In this document: positions 57,080 to 64,000 of the stretch, piece by piece
Numbering within the stretch: position 1 is the stretch's first letter
How the letters are laid out: every line of letters begins with the position of its first letter
IMG/VR virus record: IMGVR_UViG_3300027833_000032
Reading direction: 5' to 3' (one strand)
Length of the DNA: 64,000 nt
DNA from: an uncultured virus (IMG/VR IMGVR_UViG_3300027833_000032)
Lineage: Duplodnaviria; Heunggongvirae; Uroviricota; Caudoviricetes
Notes under the pieces: generated by a model
The model's database searches: none
What the model was told of the DNA's origin: nothing
The model's input: the letters and a program-made list of their open reading frames with translations, nothing else
Translations under genes and position numbers: made by a program

Positions 57080-60000
57080 ATGTCGACAACGATTAAATTA
57101 AGAAGAAGTGCCGTTCAAGGACGAGTACCTACCACCGCACAGCTAGCTTTAGGCGAACTAGCTATAAATACAGCCGACGGTAAAATCTACATTAAGCAAA
57201 GCACTGGTGGAGTAGATTCTGTTGTTGAGTTTAGTGCGGATCCTAACGACCTACTTACCTTAATTAAAACTGTCGATGGTGCTAACTCAGGATTAGATGC
57301 TGATTTATTAGATGGCATTGACTCTACCTCATTCTTAAGATCTGATCAAGACGACACAATGTCTGGAAGCCTTATTGTTACAGGTGATCTTACAGTTTCA
57401 GGAAATACAACATATGTTAATACGGAAACAATTCAGTTAGCCGATAACATTATTACTCTTAATGCTAATCATACAGGTTCGCCATCGCAAGATGCAGGTC
57501 TTGAAGTTGAGAGAGGAACAAGCAGTAACGTAGTTCTACAATGGAATGAAGCAAATGATTATTGGGAAATTGCTTCGGGTGGAACAATTGGAAGAATCAT
57601 TACCGCTGGTGATGAAGGCGCAGGGAACGGATTTGACGCCGATCAATTAGATGGACAAGAAGGTTCGTACTATTTAGATTTTACAAATGCAACGAACAAA
57701 CCAGATCCACAGATTGACGTTAATATAACAGGGAAGACGACAGGGTCAGGGACGACCACCTTAACAGATCTTGGTAATGGTACGATAAACATTACTACTG
57801 AACTTGCAAATACTGCGGTCACAGCTGGTTCTTATGGTTCTGCCTCACAAATACCAACATTTACTGTTGATGAAGATGGTAGATTAACTGCAGCTGCTGA
57901 TGTTGCTGTAGCAGGTGTCTCTGATACTACTTGGTATCAAGCAAATAATACTTTTGAAATATCTACTGTTGACGGTAGTACTTTTAAAGAAGAAATAAGT
58001 ACATTTACAAATCTTACAGTAAATGGTGATATAACAGTCACAGGAACCGTAGACGGCCGAGATATATTAGCAGATGGCACAAAGCTTGATAATATAGAAT
58101 CCGGCGCCGAAGTTAACCTTACTGCTTCAGAAATATTGACTGCGCTTAAAACAGTTGACGGAGAGTACTCAGGATTAGATGCCGATTTACTTGACGGCGC
58201 GAATAGTTCTTTCTATACTGATTTCACAAACGCGACTAATAAGCCTGACCCAACAATTACTCTTGCTGGTGATTTATTAGGTAATGTTACTTTAACAAAC
58301 CTAACAAGTGGTACATTGACTGCTGATATTGCAGCGTCAGGTGTTACACCAAACACATACGGTGGTGCAACTTCTATACCAGTTATTGTTGTTGCAGCTG
58401 ATGGCCGTATTACGAGTGTTTCAGAAGCTTCTGTTGCAGGTATCGCAAATACTGCTTGGTATCAAGCAAATAATACTTATCAAATTGTAACTGGTGACGG
58501 CTCTCAATTTGATACTATTATATCAGACTTTGATGACAACGTTAACTTTGGTGCAGGAATTGATGTTACTGGTGCTATTACAGTTACCGGCCTTGTTGAT
58601 GGCAGAGACTTAGCAGCTGATGGTACTAAATTAGATACCATAGAAAATAATGCAACAGCAGACCAAACAGCAAGTGAAATATTAACTGCTATTAAGACTG
58701 TTGATGGAGCTGGTTCAGGTTTAGATGCTGATTTATTAGACGGCGCAAATAGTGCTTTCTATAGTGATTTTTCAAACGCTACAAACAAACCAGATCCAAC
58801 ACTTACACTAACTGGTGATGTTACTGGCGCTGCAACCTTTACTGATTTAGCAGATGCTTCATTAACTGCCTCGTTATCAACAACAGGTGTTGTGGCTGCT
58901 ACTTATGGTTCTGCTTCACAAATACCAAACTTTACAGTTGGGGCAGATGGTAGAATAACCTCTGCGGGAAATACTGCTGTTAGTGGTATTGAAAGTCTTA
59001 CATGGCATTCAGCAAATACAACTCTGAACTTAGAAGGTGGTGACGGAACAAACTTCCTTGCAAATATTCACAACTTTGGCGAACTCGATATTAATGGAAA
59101 CATTACAATATCAGGTACAGTTGATGGTCGTGATGTTTCAGTTGACGGCGCTAAACTTGATCTTATAGAAGCTAGTGCAACTGCAGATCAAACAGCCAGT
59201 GAAATACTTGCCGCATTAATTACAGTTGATGGAACAACCTCTGGTTTAGATGCTGACTTATTAGATGGTCAACACGCACAAGATATTATTAGTGCAGCAA
59301 CTGCTGCTGCCTCTGGCACAGTCGGCAATGCAACGATTACAATTACTGCTGGAAACGCATTAGGCGGGGGTGGTACATTTACTGCCAACCAATTTGCCAA
59401 TACAACAATTACAGTAGACCACGCTGATACTTCAACACAAGCAAGTGTATTAGGTAGTGGTGGTCAAGTAATACAAGATGTAGTTCTCGATACTTATGGA
59501 CACGTTACAGGTTTAGATCAAGTTGATTTTGATGATCGTTATTATACAGAAACAGAATTAGATGCAGGTCAACTTGATAACAGATACTTTACTGAAACTG
59601 AATTAAACGCTGGTCAGTTAGATAACCAGTATTATACTGAAACAGAATTAGACGCTGGTCAACTTGATAATCGTTATTATACAGAGACTGAATTAGACGC
59701 AGGTCAGTTAGACAATAGATACTACACTGAAACAGAATTAGACGCTGGCCAGTTAGACAATAGATACTACACTGAAACTGAATCCAATACTATATTTGTA
59801 CCAAAAACAACATCAGTAACTGGAACAAACGGATTATCAGGCGGTGGTGCACTAAGTAGCAATATTACTTTATCACATGCTGATACTTCAAGTGTTGCGA
59901 ATACTGGTGTTTTAGATCTACCAAACGCTGAAGTTATTGAGAGTATGAACTTCGATGAGTTTGGTCATGTTGTAGGATTTACGAAAGCTAATCTTGCAGT

Positions 60001-60424
60001 ATTAACAATAAACATTGCAGACGCAAGATATGTTAATGTAACCGGCGATGTAATGACCGGTGATTTAACTGTTCCAAATCTAACAGCTAATAATATACTA
60101 CTTGATGAGATTGATTTATCTTCTGGTGAAAGTAGTACATCATTCGCATTTGCTCAAACAATTTTTGAATTTGACCACGCTACATATAATAGCGCAGAGT
60201 TAATTATTACAGCAACTCAAGGTACTAACCGACACATAACAAAATTATTAGTAGTACATGATGGTTCGGCTGCTTACGCAACTGAATTCGGATCTATATA
60301 CACTAATACAAGCTTAGCAGATTATGAAGTTACATTTGCAGCAAGTGCTGTAACTTTAGATGCTACAGCTACAAGCGCTAACTCAACTACTTACAAAATT
60401 GCTGCGACGCTTATAAAAGATTAA
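57080..60424 (+). CDS. tail fibre protein (1114 aa)
   Basis: IKLRRS.V.G.VPT..QL..GELAINT.DGKIY N-terminus, SGLDADLLDG knots, three repeats of about 180 aa, C-terminal VVHDG..TEFG domain. Confidence 0.88.
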   Translation: MSTTIKLRRSAVQGRVPTTAQLALGELAINTADGKIYIKQSTGGVDSVVEFSADPNDLLTLIKTVDGANSGLDADLLDGIDSTSFLRSDQDDTMSGSLIVTGDLTVSGNTTYVNTETIQLADNIITLNANHTGSPSQDAGLEVERGTSSNVVLQWNEANDYWEIASGGTIGRIITAGDEGAGNGFDADQLDGQEGSYYLDFTNATNKPDPQIDVNITGKTTGSGTTTLTDLGNGTINITTELANTAVTAGSYGSASQIPTFTVDEDGRLTAAADVAVAGVSDTTWYQANNTFEISTVDGSTFKEEISTFTNLTVNGDITVTGTVDGRDILADGTKLDNIESGAEVNLTASEILTALKTVDGEYSGLDADLLDGANSSFYTDFTNATNKPDPTITLAGDLLGNVTLTNLTSGTLTADIAASGVTPNTYGGATSIPVIVVAADGRITSVSEASVAGIANTAWYQANNTYQIVTGDGSQFDTIISDFDDNVNFGAGIDVTGAITVTGLVDGRDLAADGTKLDTIENNATADQTASEILTAIKTVDGAGSGLDADLLDGANSAFYSDFSNATNKPDPTLTLTGDVTGAATFTDLADASLTASLSTTGVVAATYGSASQIPNFTVGADGRITSAGNTAVSGIESLTWHSANTTLNLEGGDGTNFLANIHNFGELDINGNITISGTVDGRDVSVDGAKLDLIEASATADQTASEILAALITVDGTTSGLDADLLDGQHAQDIISAATAAASGTVGNATITITAGNALGGGGTFTANQFANTTITVDHADTSTQASVLGSGGQVIQDVVLDTYGHVTGLDQVDFDDRYYTETELDAGQLDNRYFTETELNAGQLDNQYYTETELDAGQLDNRYYTETELDAGQLDNRYYTETELDAGQLDNRYYTETESNTIFVPKTTSVTGTNGLSGGGALSSNITLSHADTSSVANTGVLDLPNAEVIESMNFDEFGHVVGFTKANLAVLTINIADARYVNVTGDVMTGDLTVPNLTANNILLDEIDLSSGESSTSFAFAQTIFEFDHATYNSAELIITATQGTNRHITKLLVVHDGSAAYATEFGSIYTNTSLADYEVTFAASAVTLDATATSANSTTYKIAATLIKD
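59540..59782 (+). repeat. 45-bp tandem coding repeat (YYTETELDAGQLDNR), five copies plus a partial
   Basis: Units start at 59540, 59585, 59630, 59675, 59720 and 59765, with mostly synonymous differences. Confidence 0.93.
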
Positions 60425-60431
60425 ATAAATA
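60424..60431 (+). promoter_or_regulatory. T4 late promoter (AATAAATA variant)
   Basis: Overlaps the upstream stop codon, 60 nt before ATG 60491. Confidence 0.65.
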
Positions 60432-60490
60432 AAGGTATAACGCAAAAACATAATCGATGTTAATATGCCAATCTGGGGAGAGTGAACCGA

Positions 60491-63400
60491 ATGGCCAATG
60501 ATAAGAAATTTATAGTTAAGAACGGCCTCTTAACGCCCGAAAACGCTGTTATTGGTAGTACTACTGATACTGGCGAAAAGCTTCAAGTAACCGGTGACAC
60601 AGTCCTTTCACAAGCGACTGCTGGAACCCCTACGCTTAAAATAACCAACTCTGGTGGTAACAACGCAGTTATCGGCCAGTTCCAAGGCGATACCGCTTCA
60701 CTCCAAGTTAAAAACATTACTACTGGTGATTATCAGTTAGTTAATACCGGCCAAAATAACGGTATTATATTCTATAACGACACCGGCGGGGTCTCAATAC
60801 AATATAACGGTGGCGATCGCTTAGTTATATCCAACACCGGTAATGAGTTCACAGGCTTATCTAATACAACAATTGATGGTAATAGAATACTTACAGTTGC
60901 TGATGAAGGCTCTGGCAATAATCTTGACGCTGATACAGTAGATGGTTTAGAAGCAGCACAATTTGTTAGAGCTGATATTTCAGATATCATGGCTGGTAGC
61001 TATACCATTCAGAATAATCTAGTAATTTCTGGTGATCTCACAGTTTCAGGTAATACAACTACTGTTAATACTGAAGAAATTCTTCTTGCAGATAATATTA
61101 TTACACTTAATAGTAATTTTGTTGGAAGTAGTCCTACAGAAAACGGTGGTATTGAAATTGAAAGAGGCACAGCAGATAACGCCAAACTAATATGGAATGA
61201 AGCATCAGACTATTGGCAGTTAGAAGTTAACAACGCTGTACTCGGCCGCATTATTACAACTGCAGATGAAGGGTCAGGAAATCTTTTTGATGCTGATACT
61301 GTAGATGGGCTAGAAGGATCCCAGTTTATACGTAGTGACGTTGATGATGTGGCTCAGGGTAATATAACCATAGAGGGCGACCTTACCATAGGGGATAATA
61401 CAGGTCCTGCACAGGTCTTCCTGGATGGTACTGGAGTCAATAGAACTCTATATTCTAATAACGGCGAAATTGGATTTTTAAACAGTTCTGCTAACTGGGC
61501 AATGAAGTCAGATGCAGACGGCGACCTCGAAGTTGAAAGAGATGTTGAGGCAGGAAGAGACGTAACTGCTGATCGTAATATAGTTGCAGCTGACGATATT
61601 ACAGCAACCTCTGGTAATATATCAGCAACAGCTGGCTCAGTAGCAGCAGGAACTACAGTAACTGGTGGTACAGGTGTTACAGCAACAACGGGTAATGTAT
61701 CAGCAACTGTTGGCGACGTAACTGCTGGTAACGATGTAACTGCTGGCCAAGACATAACTGCAACTGCAGGCGATATAACAGCAACCGCGGGTGATATTGC
61801 TGCAACTGCAGGTTCAGTAAGTGCAGGTACAAGTGTATCAGCAGGAACAACCGTAACAGGTGGGACTGGAGTAACGGCAACAACAGGAAACGTTACTGCA
61901 ACAGTAGGAGATGTTATTGCTGGTAACGATGTAACTGCAGGGCAAGACATAACAGCGACCGCTGGTGATATATCGGCAACTGCTGGTTCAGTTTCAGCAG
62001 GAACTACCGTAACTGCAGGGTCTACAGTAACTGCAGGAACAGATGTAATTGGTAAACGATTTGTTGACGCAGACAATAATGCTTATTATGCGGATCCTGC
62101 TGGCCTTTCCCTCATGAACACTGTTGGAATTGATAACGCAATTACTCATAATGGCGATACTGGTACGGCTGTTGCATTTGAAGATGACACAATTAGGCTT
62201 CTCACTGATACCACAACAAGACTTACAGCAAATAATAGTGGTGTAACTGTATTTGGTGATCTTGATGTAAATGGAAATATTACAGCAGTAGACGGTACGT
62301 TCAGTGGTGATCTATCAGCCTCAAGATTCCTTGACTCAGACGATAATACTTATCTCTTAGATCCTAATCTTACTTCTGTATTAAACCGTGTTGGTATTGA
62401 TGATTACATTCAACACAACGGTGATACAAACACATTTTTCGGTTTTGATTCTGCTGATAATATTATCTTTACCACAAACGCAGTTGAACGATTAGAAATC
62501 AACGCAACGTATTTAACATCAACTGTTGACGGTATTTTCCCTCAATTATACGCTCAAAAATACTTCGATTCAAATAACGCAACCTACTATGGTGACTTCG
62601 CTAGTACTTCAAGAATTAACGATATCAGTCTAGTTGGTGAGATTATTGCTGATGGCGATACTAATACTTACTTACAATTCCATGCAGCTGACCAATTTAG
62701 AATAGTTACAGGCGGTGTTGAAAGATTAGAAGTTAGTACATTTACAACAGCCACAGGTTCAGTCCGTTCTCCACTTTTCTACGATACTGATAATACAGCA
62801 TACTACGGTAACTTTGCTGGTACTTCTGTAATGAATGATATCAACATTGATGATTACATTCGTCATAATGGTGATACAAATAACTACCTAGGTTTTGATG
62901 CTGCTGACAGTCAAACGTTTGTTACTGGTGGTGTTGAACGCGCAAATATTACTAATACTAATACAACATTCTATTCTGATGTATTAGCTGACAGATTTGT
63001 AGATAGAAATTCAACTGGATATTATTTAAATCCTGCAGACGCTACATTATCGGCAACATTAAATGGTAGTGTTCGTATTGCTAATATTGCTAACTCAGCT
63101 CGTTGGAGTGATAATACAGGCACGGGTGGTATTGTTTTAGCTGGCGATGCAGATATAGCAACAAATCAAAGTACAACAATGGCGATCAGTGGTCAATATA
63201 GGTCTGGTGCTTATTCACTAATGTACCTTAACAGAATTGATGCTGGTGTAAATCCATTTAACGCTGGTAACAGATATATTGAATTTAGAGCTGATGGTGG
63301 AGGTGCTACTCCTGCAGCGTTTAGAGGTGATTCATCTGGTAATTTATATCTTACACCTCAAAACAGTCAACACATCGGATTCTGGACAAGTGGTGGTAAT

Positions 63401-64000
63401 GAAGTAGCAGTTGCTCTTGACGATGGAAACTTCGTTGTTGGCGGTTCTTCAGTATCTTACACCTCAATGGATAATACTCCATTGGTTGGTAGTATAACAA
63501 ACAATAAATTACATGTCAATGGTTCTATTCAATTAACATCAAACGACGACGCAATTGTATTTGGTCGTGGTACTTCATCATTCCTTAAAGACGAAGAATT
63601 AGGATTTGGTTGGGGTGGCGGTCTGCATATGACAGATGCTACTTACTTACGAATCAGAAATAATAAAACCGTTTATTCAACTGGTGATGCTTGGTTTAAT
63701 AGATTCTATTCATATGATAACACTGCATACTATGTTGATCCAAATGGTGATTCACAATTAAATACTGTAGACATTGATGATTATGTAAGACATCGTGGTG
63801 ACACAAATACTTTAATTGGATTCCCAGGTAACGATGCTGTTAAAATCGACACTAATGGTACTGAAAGATTTAGAGTAAGTAATTCAACAGTAAGAGCAAG
63901 AAACAAACTTGAAGTTTGGGGCTCAGGTATAGAATTACAAAAACAAAGTAATGGTGGTGGTGTCGGTATTACAATGACCGACCAAGGTTCTTCTGAAACA
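60491..64000 (+). CDS. long tail fibre protein, truncated by the window end (at least 1170 aa)
   Basis: MANDKKFIVKNGL start with GGAGAG RBS; the same frame reads open at both ends; LDADTVDG knots and repeated RF.D.DN..YY.DP...IDDYI.HNGDTNT units. Missing from the ORF track, consistent with no stop in the window. Confidence 0.88.
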   Translation, partial: MANDKKFIVKNGLLTPENAVIGSTTDTGEKLQVTGDTVLSQATAGTPTLKITNSGGNNAVIGQFQGDTASLQVKNITTGDYQLVNTGQNNGIIFYNDTGGVSIQYNGGDRLVISNTGNEFTGLSNTTIDGNRILTVADEGSGNNLDADTVDGLEAAQFVRADISDIMAGSYTIQNNLVISGDLTVSGNTTTVNTEEILLADNIITLNSNFVGSSPTENGGIEIERGTADNAKLIWNEASDYWQLEVNNAVLGRIITTADEGSGNLFDADTVDGLEGSQFIRSDVDDVAQGNITIEGDLTIGDNTGPAQVFLDGTGVNRTLYSNNGEIGFLNSSANWAMKSDADGDLEVERDVEAGRDVTADRNIVAADDITATSGNISATAGSVAAGTTVTGGTGVTATTGNVSATVGDVTAGNDVTAGQDITATAGDITATAGDIAATAGSVSAGTSVSAGTTVTGGTGVTATTGNVTATVGDVIAGNDVTAGQDITATAGDISATAGSVSAGTTVTAGSTVTAGTDVIGKRFVDADNNAYYADPAGLSLMNTVGIDNAITHNGDTGTAVAFEDDTIRLLTDTTTRLTANNSGVTVFGDLDVNGNITAVDGTFSGDLSASRFLDSDDNTYLLDPNLTSVLNRVGIDDYIQHNGDTNTFFGFDSADNIIFTTNAVERLEINATYLTSTVDGIFPQLYAQKYFDSNNATYYGDFASTSRINDISLVGEIIADGDTNTYLQFHAADQFRIVTGGVERLEVSTFTTATGSVRSPLFYDTDNTAYYGNFAGTSVMNDINIDDYIRHNGDTNNYLGFDAADSQTFVTGGVERANITNTNTTFYSDVLADRFVDRNSTGYYLNPADATLSATLNGSVRIANIANSARWSDNTGTGGIVLAGDADIATNQSTTMAISGQYRSGAYSLMYLNRIDAGVNPFNAGNRYIEFRADGGGATPAAFRGDSSGNLYLTPQNSQHIGFWTSGGNEVAVALDDGNFVVGGSSVSYTSMDNTPLVGSITNNKLHVNGSIQLTSNDDAIVFGRGTSSFLKDEELGFGWGGGLHMTDATYLRIRNNKTVYSTGDAWFNRFYSYDNTAYYVDPNGDSQLNTVDIDDYVRHRGDTNTLIGFPGNDAVKIDTNGTERFRVSNSTVRARNKLEVWGSGIELQKQSNGGGVGITMTDQGSSET
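61530..62050 (+). repeat. 6-7-aa Thr/Ala/Gly coding repeats (DVTAGN / DITATAG), probable triple beta-helix shaft
   Basis: Visible near-tandem repeats; they also explain the antisense shadow ORF 61354..62076. Confidence 0.8.

Noticed and set aside
59540..59782. 45-bp tandem array as a mini-CRISPR or DGR variable region
   Set aside because: No spacers; variation is mostly synonymous and not adenine-specific; no reverse transcriptase in the window.
61530..62050. TAG/TAT-rich repeats as an ice-nucleation protein
   Set aside because: They lack the AGYGSTxT 8/16-residue periodicity; 6-7-residue units fit a fibre triple beta-helix.
61354..62076. 240-aa minus-strand ORF, plus other antisense ORFs such as 35550..36263, 49939..50733 and 55238..55699
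   Set aside because: Shadow frames of low-complexity plus-strand structural genes, with no recognisable domain.

Overview
This 64-kb window is AT-rich, densely coding DNA from a T4-like myovirus with the gene layout of marine exo-T4-like phages. No host DNA, rRNA, tRNA, CRISPR array or mobile element was recognised. 1-5.3 kb (+): replication accessory and stress block (gp45, gp44, gp62, RegA, dUTPase, a small RHH gene, Hsp20, peroxiredoxin) with two perfect sigma70 promoters. 5.3-10.1 kb (-): gp4, gp2, gp54-like, gp26, gp51 and a probable tape measure. 10.2-64 kb (+): baseplate genes (gp48, split gp53, gp27-like, gp5, M15 peptidase, gp25, gp6, gp7, gp8, VrlC-like), then very large virion and tail-fibre genes. 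T4 late promoters (TATAAATA/AATAAATA) precede many of these. Best leads: (1) a 3742-aa virion protein with 11 helical repeats, each carrying a C-x-R-D motif that resembles the bilin-attachment site of phycobiliproteins; (2) a well-formed -1 frameshift signal joining gp26 to gp51 just upstream of the tape measure, like lambda G/GT; (3) an unannotated divergent pair (25-aa peptide and 49-aa RHH protein) around four 11-bp-phased Pho-box-like repeats overlapping a late promoter; (4) several enzymatic or metal-binding domains on baseplate proteins (esterase on gp7, S8 protease, M15 peptidase, two type-1 copper sites). All calls come from motif recognition and synteny by eye; no database search was run.
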